From the NCBI GenBank assembly GCA_913050035.1, contig CAJXAC010000003.1:399-64398 (forward strand): a stretch of 64,000 bases of DNA, read 5' to 3'. Source of the DNA: an uncultured Gammaproteobacteria bacterium (GTDB taxonomy: Bacteria > Pseudomonadota > Gammaproteobacteria > Pseudomonadales > Azotimanducaceae). Shown here piece after piece: positions 1-10,290 of this stretch (position 1 is its first letter; each line of letters starts with the position of its first letter). The notes below the pieces were generated by a model that searched no databases, had not been told where the DNA came from, and saw nothing but the letters and a program-made list of their open reading frames with translations. A program made the position numbers and the translations under genes.

Positions 1-279
<279 letters not shown>

Positions 280-360
280 TCAAGCAAAAATTTACCCTGC
301 ACGAGCTAATAGTTGGCTTAGCCACCAAGTATTCGTGATAGTCCTTTTAACAGCGAGGAC

Positions 361-1560
361 TTATATCACGCCGTCTGCATGCAGCTGCGCGATGTCTTTA
401 GGGCTGTAGCCCAGTTCCGCGAAAACTTCATCGTTGTCCTGACCCAAGGTGGGTGGTGCTCTTTGAACTCTTGGGGGAGCAGGTTCGGTCACGTGGCTGG
501 CGCTCACCACTTTGGAGTTTTTGTCTGAGCCCTGTGGATTTGGGATCTCGGTAAGAATCAAGCGGTGATCGAATTGGGGCTCGGCGGCAACTTCGTCCAG
601 TGTTTGAATAGGAGCGCAGGGAATGCCTAGCTTGCCAAGTTCGTCGAGCCAGTGCTGGCTCGGCTGGGCAGCAATAAGCGGTTTAATTGCGGCATTGATC
701 TCATCAGTATGTTTAATACGCAAAGCGGGTTCCGGGAACTGGTCGTACATTTCGCCAACGCCCAGCAGGCCAAACAATTCTTTTGCGTGGGCTTCGCGTA
801 GGGCGACAATTTGTACGAAGCCGTCGGCGCTGGCGAAGACATTGGCGGTAGGCGACTTGGTCGGTGAACGATTCCCCATTAGTTCTGGCAGGGTATTGGT
901 AACCAAGTAGTTGCTCATTTGTGCAGCTTGCATGACCACAGCAGTGTCGAGCATGGACACATCTACTCGTTGACCCTCGCCCGTCAAGTGGCGCCGAAAC
1001 AGTGCAGCACCGATCGCAAAAGCTGCGTTTAGGGCCGTGCTCATGTCTACTGAAAAATAGCCGGTTCGAGTTGGTCCGGATTCAGGGTGTCCGCTAATAC
1101 TCATCATCCCTGAAGAGGCCTGAATTGCACCGTCAAAGGCTGGCAGTTCAGACTTAGGGCCTTTTTGCCCGTAGCCGGAAATTGAGGCGTAGACTAGATC
1201 AGGTTTGATGGCTTTGAGCGCGTCATAGCCAAAGCCCAGGCGCTCAATGGTGCCCGGCTTGAAGTTCTCAACCACAGCGTCCGCTGTGGCAACCAATTGG
1301 TTTATGACTTCTTTGGCCTTGGGGTGTTTCAGATCTAGAGTAATAGCGCGTTTGCCCAGATTGCAGGTTAAAAATGACGGTGCCATACCGTCGCTCCCTG
1401 TGGACATTAACCCGCGAGTGATATCGCCTGTCCCTGGCTGTTCTATCTTTATTACGTCAGCGCCGAGTTGCGCGAGTTGCTGTGTGGCAAACGGCCCGGC
1501 TAAGACTTGGGTAAAGTCGATGATGCGCAGTCCGGTAAATGCTTGGCGTGGATCGGCCAT
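361..1560 (-). CDS. CoA transferase, family III (CaiB/BaiF type)
   Basis: 399-aa ORF. GLRIIDFTQVLAGPFATQQLAQLGADVIKIEQPGTGD is the typical family III N-terminal region. Confidence 0.85.
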   Translation of the reverse strand: MADPRQAFTGLRIIDFTQVLAGPFATQQLAQLGADVIKIEQPGTGDITRGLMSTGSDGMAPSFLTCNLGKRAITLDLKHPKAKEVINQLVATADAVVENFKPGTIERLGFGYDALKAIKPDLVYASISGYGQKGPKSELPAFDGAIQASSGMMSISGHPESGPTRTGYFSVDMSTALNAAFAIGAALFRRHLTGEGQRVDVSMLDTAVVMQAAQMSNYLVTNTLPELMGNRSPTKSPTANVFASADGFVQIVALREAHAKELFGLLGVGEMYDQFPEPALRIKHTDEINAAIKPLIAAQPSQHWLDELGKLGIPCAPIQTLDEVAAEPQFDHRLILTEIPNPQGSDKNSKVVSASHVTEPAPPRVQRAPPTLGQDNDEVFAELGYSPKDIAQLHADGVI

Positions 1561-1586
1561 TTTGTCCCCCCTGATCTTCCCAGCTT

Positions 1587-2102
1587 CTAGCGTTGTACCA
1601 GTTCAAAAATCCATAGCGATCCGCGGCTGACTTCGCTTACGGGTATTTGGGCGCCATTGGCATATTTGCGGCTAAGCTCTGCGAGTACTGCAGGTAGTAC
1701 CGGGTCGTCTTTAATTCGTACCAGTTGCCGTGGATACAATTTAGCGTCGACTCGTAGAATGGCGCGCCCATCTTTTTCCGCTTGCAGCGGCCATTGCTTC
1801 CAAATTTTGCCGACGGTACTTAGCATATATCCGCTCGGTATGAAAATACGGCCATCATGCTCGACGATCCAAGTGGTGCGCGAACGCGCAGGATCCAGTA
1901 ATTGGAATTCGACGATGTCGTAATCTTTTACATAGCGCCAATCTGGTTCTTCGCTAACGACTTCGCCGCTACTGAATGCGCCACCTGTGATAATGCCCGT
2001 GGGTCCATCAGTGAACCGTGTAACTACAAAGAATGCCAAAACAACAACTACGATAACCGCAACAAATTTCCCAAACCAACCCATGCTAACCCTCCAGCTC
2101 AA
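1587..2102 (-). CDS. hypothetical membrane-anchored protein
   Basis: 171-aa ORF with one N-terminal hydrophobic helix (FVAVIVVVVLAFFVV). It lies 26 nt upstream of the CoA transferase on the same strand. No family recognised. Confidence 0.5.
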   Translation of the reverse strand: MSWRVSMGWFGKFVAVIVVVVLAFFVVTRFTDGPTGIITGGAFSSGEVVSEEPDWRYVKDYDIVEFQLLDPARSRTTWIVEHDGRIFIPSGYMLSTVGKIWKQWPLQAEKDGRAILRVDAKLYPRQLVRIKDDPVLPAVLAELSRKYANGAQIPVSEVSRGSLWIFELVQR

Positions 2103-2230
2103 TGACTCGGAAAGAGTACACTCGTTTTTAGGATGAGCGAACCATTATCGTTCGGCGCCGCCTTAGTGTTTTGGTGTCTTAGTGGACGGTTGCTAGGTTC
2201 GGGACCAGAGAATCTTTATTGGAGAACAAT

Positions 2231-3004
2231 ATGACAAGGCGATTAACTGCGTTGATTACCGGCGCTTCAGCAGGACTGGGTGCGGAATTTGCTCGACAAT
2301 TGTCGGCAAGCGGCTGCAACCTAATTCTTGTGGCAAGACGTGTTGAGCGTTTGCAGAACCTTGCTCGGCAATTGCAAGGTCAGTTTGCCGGTGTTGAAGT
2401 GCTGTGCATTGAGGCAGATTTAAGCCGAGTGGATGCTCCGGAACATATTCGTGAGAAAGTCAGTGTGCATGGTTGGCAGGTGGACTATTTAATCAATAAT
2501 GCCGGTGCTTCCGGTCCAGATTTTTTCGGAACCGAACCATGGGCCGAGCATCTCGACTATCTCAGGCTCATGCAAACCAGTGTTGCCGAGTTATGTCACT
2601 GCTTCATCCCTGCAATGCTCGAGCGCGGCTTTGGGCGGGTGATCAATGTTTCCTCGGTCTCAGGGCGTATTGCCGCTGCCAACAACTGCCACTACGGGCC
2701 TACTAAGACCTATCTCATAGCGCTGTCCGAAGCGTTGGCTTTGTCGGTAAAGAGGCGCGGGGTGCACGTTACCGCCCTATGTCCTGGTTTTACTCACACA
2801 GATTTCCACGCGACGGCGGGTCTCGATGATCTTAAGCAATCGACCCCCCAGTTTATGTGGTATAGCGCCGAAACTGTGGTGCGAGAGGGCTTACGAGCAG
2901 TGGAAAAAGGCCGGCTGGTTTGGGTGTCCGGCCGTTTCTACCGCTGGTTTGATCCGTTACTCCAGTCTGTTTGGACGCGCTGGTTGTTGCTTCGGCCGGG
3001 ATAA
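2231..3004 (+). CDS. short-chain dehydrogenase/reductase (SDR)
   Basis: TGASAGLG cofactor motif, NNAG, and a YxxxK-like YGPTK. ATG at 2231 preceded by GGAG at 2221-2224; the track start at 2219 is a TTG. Confidence 0.85.
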   Translation: MTRRLTALITGASAGLGAEFARQLSASGCNLILVARRVERLQNLARQLQGQFAGVEVLCIEADLSRVDAPEHIREKVSVHGWQVDYLINNAGASGPDFFGTEPWAEHLDYLRLMQTSVAELCHCFIPAMLERGFGRVINVSSVSGRIAAANNCHYGPTKTYLIALSEALALSVKRRGVHVTALCPGFTHTDFHATAGLDDLKQSTPQFMWYSAETVVREGLRAVEKGRLVWVSGRFYRWFDPLLQSVWTRWLLLRPG

Positions 3005-3091
3005 ACTGCTCCTCGCTGTCCAAGCCTAATTGCATAATCAGCTATTCCCCTTCGTGCAGAAGCCATCAATAATGGGGCAAGGGAGGGAGTT

Positions 3092-4396
3092 ATGGATAGT
3101 AAGAACGCACAGTCAGCTGCGAATAGGCGGCTGCTCTTCATTCTGTCAAATTTAGCGATTTTTATGATCGGCCTTGGCTTTGCTGTTCGCACTTCGATTG
3201 TAGGCGATCTGCAAGGAGACTTGTTTGATGAGTTAGATCTTGCGCGCTCGGCGACTATGGCGGCTGAGGTGTTGGCGGCAACGTTTATTGGATTTGCGCT
3301 GACCCTGCTGTTTGGCGCAGCCCTAGTTGATCTAATTGGCATGCGACGCATGCTGCTGCTCTCCGCTTTTGGATATTTTCTTGGTAGTGCCATGGTTGTC
3401 GGCGCTTCCTTCATGGCGCCCACCGTAGCGGCCTATTGGGTGGTGTATTTTGGTTTGCTTTTAACCGGTCTTGGCTGGGGGGCAGTGGAAGCGGCGACCA
3501 ATCCCCTTGTTGCGGCAGCTTATCCTGAGGAAAAAACTCACCGACTGAATATCCTGCACGCGTGGTGGCCGGCAGGCATCGTCATCGGAGGGCTTATCGG
3601 TATCTTCATCGCCACGGTTGGTATGCCCTGGCAGGTGAACCTTTTGGTGCTCATGATACCCGCGGTTGTGTTGGTGTTTATGGTACAGCGTGCGGAATTC
3701 CCGGTTACCGAGCGGGTTGCGATGGGGCTGTCGTATGAGGAGATGTTCGAGCAACTGTTTAAATCGCCGGGGTTTTGGATTTGGTTCGTATGCATGATGG
3801 GAACCGTGACTGCGGAACTGGCGCCCAGCCAATGGGTTAACGTGACCTTAACAAATGTTGTTGGTATGTCAGGTATCTGGGTGTTGATCTATATCAACGT
3901 CTTGATATTCGTTGGCCGCCATTTTGCCGGTCCGTTGGTTAATCGCCTGTCGAGCCCCGGATTGTTAACTATTGGCTGTGCGCTGGCAGCGCCTGGTCTG
4001 TACTTCCTCGCCATCGCAAATTCACCTATGACAGCCTTTGCCGCTGCGACGCTATGGGCCCTTGGCATCTGTTATTTCTATCCAACCATGATTGGTGCGG
4101 TGGCCGAGCGTTATCCCGCAGGTGGTGCTTTGATGATCGGATTGATGGGGTTTGCTGGCGGATTAGCTACCCAATTTCTACTGCCTGTTATGGGGCAGAT
4201 ATTCGATCAGGCCAAGTTGGCCGCAGCCGGCGGTGTCGCGGAATTTTCCGCGCTGGAAGGTGATGGCCTTGCGGAAGTTCTACGTATAGCCTCGACTCAG
4301 TCGTTTCAGATCGTTGCGGTGATTCCTCTATGTTTAATTCCAGTGTTTGCGATTCTCTGGTTTGTTGAACGTGGGAGGTCATATGCCGACAAATAG
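3092..4396 (+). CDS. MFS transporter
   Basis: 434 aa with about 12 hydrophobic segments and a typical MFS layout. The stop overlaps the next gene. Confidence 0.8.
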   Translation: MDSKNAQSAANRRLLFILSNLAIFMIGLGFAVRTSIVGDLQGDLFDELDLARSATMAAEVLAATFIGFALTLLFGAALVDLIGMRRMLLLSAFGYFLGSAMVVGASFMAPTVAAYWVVYFGLLLTGLGWGAVEAATNPLVAAAYPEEKTHRLNILHAWWPAGIVIGGLIGIFIATVGMPWQVNLLVLMIPAVVLVFMVQRAEFPVTERVAMGLSYEEMFEQLFKSPGFWIWFVCMMGTVTAELAPSQWVNVTLTNVVGMSGIWVLIYINVLIFVGRHFAGPLVNRLSSPGLLTIGCALAAPGLYFLAIANSPMTAFAAATLWALGICYFYPTMIGAVAERYPAGGALMIGLMGFAGGLATQFLLPVMGQIFDQAKLAAAGGVAEFSALEGDGLAEVLRIASTQSFQIVAVIPLCLIPVFAILWFVERGRSYADK

Positions 4397-4985
4397 CGAG
4401 GTTAATCCCACCAATCTAGAACGCAGAGATCTATTAAAGGGTTTGGCAGTTATTCTCGGTGCTGCCATTTCGCCAGCCTGTCAACGTGCCGCGGAAGTTC
4501 CGGCGGCTCAGCGGATGGCAGGTGTCGCCCGCTGGAGCTTAGAACAGAGAGCCATTGCTCATCGTTGCGCTGATCTGATTATGCCTGCCACCGACACGCC
4601 CAGTGCTTTGGCGGTCGGTGTAGGCGAGTTTATGGACTACGTCGCGAGCGTTTGGTTACAACAGTCAGAACTTGAGGAGCTTTTGGCTGGGCTAAACGGA
4701 CTCCAGGAGGAGGCGCAACGCCAATACACAAAAAACTTTGTCGATCTGAGTGAGATGGAGCAAGTGCAATTGCTTACTCAGATGGAGACAGCGAGTTCTG
4801 TCTTGAACGCGAGCTCGCAAGAGGAATTGCGCAGTAAGGTCTTTGCACGGTTGAAAGAACTGACGGTTGTAGGCTATTACTCATCCGAAGTTGGAGCGAA
4901 GCAGGAGCGGGTGTATGTGCCTATGCCTGGGCGATATGACGGATATTTCAAACTCAATAAGGTGGGGCGGCAGTGGTCGAGTTAG
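4383..4985 (+). CDS. Tat-signal small subunit of a flavoprotein dehydrogenase (gluconate 2-dehydrogenase subunit 3 family)
   Basis: ATG at 4383 follows GGGAGG at 4373-4378. Twin-arginine signal ERRDLLKGLAVILGAA. About 200 aa, immediately upstream of and overlapping a GMC flavoprotein gene. Confidence 0.7.
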   Translation: MPTNSEVNPTNLERRDLLKGLAVILGAAISPACQRAAEVPAAQRMAGVARWSLEQRAIAHRCADLIMPATDTPSALAVGVGEFMDYVASVWLQQSELEELLAGLNGLQEEAQRQYTKNFVDLSEMEQVQLLTQMETASSVLNASSQEELRSKVFARLKELTVVGYYSSEVGAKQERVYVPMPGRYDGYFKLNKVGRQWSS

Positions 4986-6676
4986 CAGCTTTGGAGCAAG
5001 TGGACGCCATCGTGGTGGGTTCCGGTATCAGTGGCGGATGGGCCGCCAAGGAGCTAGCTGAAAAGGGCCTTAATGTGTTGATGCTGGAGCGGGGTAAGCC
5101 CTTAACCCATGGCGCCGACTACATAGGTGAGCATCAGCCACCGTGGCAGCGTCCGAATATGGGGATGCGCCCGCGCGAGCTTTATGACCGCGAATATCCT
5201 GTGCAGTCGACGTCCTATGCCTTTGATGAAACCACCCGACACTTTTGGAACAACGATCAAGACAATCCGTACGACTATAACCCTGAAGAACCCTTTCATT
5301 GGCTTCGGGCGGATGTTGTTGGCGGACGCTCTCTACTTTGGGCGCGCCAGAGTTATCGCTGGAGCGATCTGGATTTTGCCGCGAACAAATTAGACGGCGT
5401 TGGCATTGATTGGCCCATTCGTTATGCCGAAATTGCACCCTGGTATTCCTATGTTGAGCAGTTCATCGGTGTTAGTGGGCAGGCGCTCGGGTTATCCCAA
5501 TTGCCGGACGGTGAGTTTCAAAAGCCCATGCAAATGAACGTAGTGGAAGACTACGTTGCTAAAAAGATTGCCGAGAAATTCCCAGATCGCGTTATGACCA
5601 TTGGTCGCACCGCAACGTTAACTGAACCACTACCGGGGCGCGCTGCCTGCCACTATTGCGGACCCTGCCATCGTGGCTGCACGGCTGGTGCTTATTTTAG
5701 TTCTCTCAGTAGCACCCTGCCGGCAGCTGAGGCGACCGGTAATTTTTCGTTGCGTGCCAACGCCTTGGTCGAGAGTTTGGAATATGATTCGGTAGCCAAG
5801 CGCATCAGTGCAGTTCGCATTGTCGACACCCAAACAGGCGAGCGCAGCCGACTCAGAGCAAAGCTAATCTTCTTGTGTGCCTCAACCATTGGTTCCACGC
5901 AAATTCTTTTGCAGTCGCCCGGGGGTGAGAATGGCCGAAGTTTTGCCAATGCCAGTGATTCATTGGGTCGCTATATGATGGACCACACCTATCAAGCGGG
6001 TGCGCGCGGCATCATTCCTGGTTTCCAAGAATATTACCCCTACGGTTATCGTCCTAACGGCATATACATACCGCGCTTCAGGAATGTGCAGGGCGATGAC
6101 GGACTTGGATTTACCCGTGGTTATGGCTATCAGGGTGGTGCAAATCGAATTGGCTGGCATGAACTAGCAAAGCGGACGCCGGGGTTTGGCGCTGACTTTA
6201 AGAATAGTTTGCGCACCCCTGGTCCTTGGCGCATGTCGCTCGGTGGTTTCGGCGAAATTCTTCCCTATGCGCACAACACGATGCGTCTTCATAAGAGTAA
6301 GAAAGACCGGTTTGGTAATCCTCAAGTAACTTTTAATTTCGAGTTTGGTGACAATGAACGGCGCCATCGAGAAGATCTTGTGGAGCAGGCGGCGGTAATG
6401 CTTGAGGCTGCGGGTGCCACAGATATTCAACGTTATAGCTGGCCAATGATCGGGGGCGCGGCGATTCACGAGATGGGTACGGCGCGCATGGGTCACGATC
6501 CTGCTGAGGCGGTGCTGAATGCGTATAACCAAACGCATGCTGCTGCCAATTTGTTCGTCACCGATGGCGCCTGCATGACGTCATCGTCGTGCGTAAATCC
6601 TTCGCTGACCTATATGGCGTTGACAGCCCGCGCGGCAAACTACGCGGTAGAGCAATTACAGGCGGGAGCAATTTAA
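4973..6676 (+). CDS. GMC family FAD-dependent oxidoreductase (catalytic subunit)
   Basis: DAIVVGSGISGGWAAKELAEKG FAD fold. C-terminal IHEMGTARMG and NLFVTDGA GMC motifs. Cys cluster CHYCGPCHRGC. Confidence 0.85.
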   Translation: MVELAALEQVDAIVVGSGISGGWAAKELAEKGLNVLMLERGKPLTHGADYIGEHQPPWQRPNMGMRPRELYDREYPVQSTSYAFDETTRHFWNNDQDNPYDYNPEEPFHWLRADVVGGRSLLWARQSYRWSDLDFAANKLDGVGIDWPIRYAEIAPWYSYVEQFIGVSGQALGLSQLPDGEFQKPMQMNVVEDYVAKKIAEKFPDRVMTIGRTATLTEPLPGRAACHYCGPCHRGCTAGAYFSSLSSTLPAAEATGNFSLRANALVESLEYDSVAKRISAVRIVDTQTGERSRLRAKLIFLCASTIGSTQILLQSPGGENGRSFANASDSLGRYMMDHTYQAGARGIIPGFQEYYPYGYRPNGIYIPRFRNVQGDDGLGFTRGYGYQGGANRIGWHELAKRTPGFGADFKNSLRTPGPWRMSLGGFGEILPYAHNTMRLHKSKKDRFGNPQVTFNFEFGDNERRHREDLVEQAAVMLEAAGATDIQRYSWPMIGGAAIHEMGTARMGHDPAEAVLNAYNQTHAAANLFVTDGACMTSSSCVNPSLTYMALTARAANYAVEQLQAGAI

Positions 6677-7563
6677 TGAGTGTGCGCAGAATTGCCGGCT
6701 ATGGTCTTCTGGTATTGCTGGTGGTGGGTGGTTTGTTTGCCTATCAAAATCGCCTATATCTGCGCATGGCGATACAGCAGCCCCAGTTGTTTCGAGAACC
6801 AGTATTAGATCAGAGCGCGCCACCATTGCCCGCGGACCTCGGCACTGTGGCCATTCTGAGTTTTTCCAAAACTAACGGCTATCGGCACCATGACAGCATT
6901 GCTGCTTCCATCAAGATGCTAGACGAGTTGGCGGCCGCCAACGGCTGGCAGATATTTCATACGGAAAATGGAGCGGTGTTTACACCTGAAAATCTGCAGC
7001 GGTTCGGCCTGATTATTTTGAACCATAAAAGCGGTACGGTTTGGACCGAGGCTCAACGGCAGGCACTAAAAAGCTATGTCGAAGAGGGTGGTACGCTCTT
7101 GGCACAGCACGCGGCTGGCGGTGATCAGGGATATGATTGGCCTTGGTATTTAGACCAAGTGTTGCGCGCTCAATTCGTTGACCATCCGATGACCCAGCAT
7201 ATTCAACCAGCTACTCTGATAGTTGAAGACCGCAGCCATCCAGCAACGGCGCATTTAGGCTCGGTCTGGCAGCGCAGTGATGAATGGTACAACTTTGTTG
7301 CAAGTCCCCGTGGCAATACCCAGGTCTTAATGAGCATTGACGAGGCTACCTATGATCCCGAGAAGAGCCCAATGGGTGCGGACCACCCTATGGTGTGGTG
7401 GCACCGAGTAGGCAAGGGTCGTGTGTTTTATAGTGCTCTAGGTCACACCCCGGAATCTTACTCAGAGCCGGATTTTCGGGCATTTATTCAAGGTGCCATA
7501 AGCTGGGGTTTAGATACTCCAACAAATAACGACAGCGAGGAGGGAGTAAGAGATGAATTTTGA
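6676..7563 (+). CDS. ThuA domain protein (trehalose-utilisation-like), membrane anchored
   Basis: ATG at 6676 overlaps the GMC stop (TAATG). N-terminal TM helix. GADHPMVWWHRVGKGRVFYSALGH resembles the ThuA signature region. Confidence 0.75.
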   Translation: MSVRRIAGYGLLVLLVVGGLFAYQNRLYLRMAIQQPQLFREPVLDQSAPPLPADLGTVAILSFSKTNGYRHHDSIAASIKMLDELAAANGWQIFHTENGAVFTPENLQRFGLIILNHKSGTVWTEAQRQALKSYVEEGGTLLAQHAAGGDQGYDWPWYLDQVLRAQFVDHPMTQHIQPATLIVEDRSHPATAHLGSVWQRSDEWYNFVASPRGNTQVLMSIDEATYDPEKSPMGADHPMVWWHRVGKGRVFYSALGHTPESYSEPDFRAFIQGAISWGLDTPTNNDSEEGVRDEF

Positions 7564-8824
7564 CATTCCAGAGAAGTTGCAGAGTTACTTGGATGAACTC
7601 GATCGATTCATTGAGCAAGAGATAAAACCCCTAGAAGAAGCAAACGACAATATTCGATTTTTCGATCACCGTCGTGAGGACGCGCGTACTGACTGGGAGC
7701 GTAATGGCCTGCCTAACGAAGATTGGGAGGCTCTGCTGGCTCAGGCAAAACGTGTAGCTGACGCCGCAGGGCATTATCGTTATCCGCTGCCCGAAGAGTA
7801 CGGGGGCAGTAATGGCACTAATCTTGATATGGCGGTGATTCGTGAACATCTGGCGACCAAGGGCTTGGGCTTACACAACGACTTACAAAACGAACACTCG
7901 ATAGTCGGCAATAACGTGGGCCTGTTGCTGATGATCGAGTACGGTACAGACGAGCAAAAAGCTGAGTGGATTGACGCGTTGGCTGAGGGGCGAGCAGGGT
8001 TTGCCTTTGGCATTACCGAGCCGGAGCATGGCTCCGATGCAACGCATATGGAGACCGTGGCCGAACGCGACGGTGACGAATGGATTATTAATGGCGCAAA
8101 AACTTGGAATACCGGTATTCACAAGGCCAAACACGATCTAATTTTCGCCCGAACCAGTGGTAAGGCTGGTGACGGCAACGGTATCACCGCATTTCTCACC
8201 CCCACTAATAGCGAGGGCTTCAAAGTCGAAGAAATGCTTTGGACTTTTAACATGCCTACCGATCATGGGCGGATCTCGATGGATAATGTGCGGGTACCGC
8301 ATAATTCAATCTTTGGTGGCGAGGGTCGCGGACTAGCAGTAGTGCAGCATTTCTTTAATGAAAACCGCATTCGCCAAGCTGCTTCTTCTCTAGGAGCTGC
8401 GCAATTCTGTATTAACGAGTCTATCGAGTATGCAAAACATCGAGCGCCGTTCGGTAAGCCGCTATCAAGTAATCAGGGCATTCAGTTCCCGTTAGTTGAG
8501 TTACAAACCCAGTGCGAGATGCTGCGGGCGCTAATTCATAAGACCGCCTGGCAGATGGATACCTATGGCGCCTTTTCTGTGTCGGACAAGGTATCGATGT
8601 GCAATTACTGGTCGAATCGTCTGTGTTGTGAAGCTGCAGATCGAGCCATGCAGGTGCATGGTGGTCTGGGCTATTCGCGGCATAAGCCATTCGAGCACAT
8701 CTATCGCCACCACCGTCGCTATCGCATCACTGAAGGGGCGGAGGAAATTCAGATGCGTCGGGTCGCGGGTTATCTTTTCGGTTTTATGAATCAGCGTGCT
8801 CCAAAAGGCGTTAAGGAATCCTGA
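7553..8824 (+). CDS. acyl-CoA dehydrogenase family protein (ACAD10/11- or LvaC-like)
   Basis: 423 aa. FGITEPEHGSDA, WIINGAKTW, and a C-terminal QVHGGLGY...RITEGAEEIQ typical of ACADs. Confidence 0.9.
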   Translation: MNFDIPEKLQSYLDELDRFIEQEIKPLEEANDNIRFFDHRREDARTDWERNGLPNEDWEALLAQAKRVADAAGHYRYPLPEEYGGSNGTNLDMAVIREHLATKGLGLHNDLQNEHSIVGNNVGLLLMIEYGTDEQKAEWIDALAEGRAGFAFGITEPEHGSDATHMETVAERDGDEWIINGAKTWNTGIHKAKHDLIFARTSGKAGDGNGITAFLTPTNSEGFKVEEMLWTFNMPTDHGRISMDNVRVPHNSIFGGEGRGLAVVQHFFNENRIRQAASSLGAAQFCINESIEYAKHRAPFGKPLSSNQGIQFPLVELQTQCEMLRALIHKTAWQMDTYGAFSVSDKVSMCNYWSNRLCCEAADRAMQVHGGLGYSRHKPFEHIYRHHRRYRITEGAEEIQMRRVAGYLFGFMNQRAPKGVKES

Positions 8825-8829
8825 TATCC

Positions 8830-10287
8830 ATGGAAGGGGCGATGGAGCTGTCGGTAGAGGCTATGCATGACCGGTTAGTAAGTGTGCTCGGTAAGATATT
8901 TGCTGATTTTGAGACACTAGAGAGCGTTGAGCGTTTGTCTGGCGGTGCCAGTCAAGAAACCTATCGCATTGAACTGACCCGTGGGGGCGAACCCACGGTT
9001 TTGGCTATGCGCCGGGCGTCCGGCGGGGTTGAGGGCGAGGTTACCGCAGCCCATCCCGGTCTTGCGGTAGAGGCATTACTGATGCAAACCGCAGCTCAGG
9101 CAGGTGTTCCAGAACCTCAAGTGCACTACGTGCTGCAACCCGAAGATGGCATCGGTGCTGGCTTTATCATGCAGTGGCTCGATGGGTATACACTTGGTGC
9201 GCAAATCGTCAAAGCACCGGAACTCGACGCCATTCGTCCGCAATTGGCGCGCCGCTGTGGCGAGGTGTTGGCTCAGATTCATGGCATCGACCTGGTGGCC
9301 AGTGGCTTAGACCAACACCTACAGCAGCAAACTGCAGAAGAGTATGTACGCCAAACCTGGCAGCGCTATCAGGATTTCAACACGCCGCAACCAATGATCG
9401 ATTACACGGCACGCTGGTTGTTAGATCACCTGCCCGAAAATGTCACACCGGCGCTCGTTCATAATGATTTCCGCAACGGTAATGTCATGATCGATGCTAC
9501 AGGCATAGTTGCGGTCTTGGATTGGGAGGTGGCCTATATAGGCGACCCCATGCGTGACCTTGGATGGATTCTTACTCACTCTTGGCGCTTTGGGCGCGAC
9601 GAGTTGCCGGTGGGCGGATTCGGTGAAGTTGCAGACTTATTTGCAGGCTATGAATCAGTGAGTGGTAAGGCGGTTGATCCGGAGGCTGTAAGGTTTTGGC
9701 AGGTCTTCGGCTCTTTTTGGTGGGCTGTTGGTTGTTTGGGAATGGCTGAACATTATCGCAATGGTCCGGATAAAACTGTGGAACGCCCGGCGATAGGGCG
9801 CCGCTCTTCTGAGTGCCAAGTCGACTGCGTGAACTTATTGATTCCGGGGTCTGTGGTACTAGAGCAGCCGAGACAGCCGGCGGCGGCGATGCCAGCCATG
9901 GAGGAACTGTTGACCAGTGTCAGCGATTTCCTGCGCGATGAGGTAATGACAAACACCCAAGGCCGTTTGCAATTTTTGGCCCGTGTGGCGGCTAATTCCC
10001 TAGACATTGTGCAACGCGAACAGGCTTTGGCGGCCCCAGGCTTGGCTAATGAAGAGCGGCGGCTAAGAGCGTTGTTCGGGGAGCCCGCGGACTCGGTCGT
10101 TGAGTTAGATGAGTTGCGCTGGCGGCTCGTGCATGAACTTAGAGACGGTACCATGCCGTTGCAATCAGACTTGCTGCAACAGCACTTGCGCACAACAGTT
10201 GTGAATCAGATCGCTATTGATCAACCGCGCTATGCCGGATTCAAAACAGCGACGAATAGAGCTAAAACTCAAATAGGTGGAGATTAA
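8830..10287 (+). CDS. APH-family phosphotransferase with an approximately 140-aa C-terminal extension
   Basis: Kinase catalytic loop HNDFRNGNVMID and metal-binding VLDWEVAYIGDPMRDL. The extension starts near aa 345 (nt 9862) and is helical-looking. Confidence 0.8.
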   Translation: MEGAMELSVEAMHDRLVSVLGKIFADFETLESVERLSGGASQETYRIELTRGGEPTVLAMRRASGGVEGEVTAAHPGLAVEALLMQTAAQAGVPEPQVHYVLQPEDGIGAGFIMQWLDGYTLGAQIVKAPELDAIRPQLARRCGEVLAQIHGIDLVASGLDQHLQQQTAEEYVRQTWQRYQDFNTPQPMIDYTARWLLDHLPENVTPALVHNDFRNGNVMIDATGIVAVLDWEVAYIGDPMRDLGWILTHSWRFGRDELPVGGFGEVADLFAGYESVSGKAVDPEAVRFWQVFGSFWWAVGCLGMAEHYRNGPDKTVERPAIGRRSSECQVDCVNLLIPGSVVLEQPRQPAAAMPAMEELLTSVSDFLRDEVMTNTQGRLQFLARVAANSLDIVQREQALAAPGLANEERRLRALFGEPADSVVELDELRWRLVHELRDGTMPLQSDLLQQHLRTTVVNQIAIDQPRYAGFKTATNRAKTQIGGD

Positions 10288-10290
10288 ATC

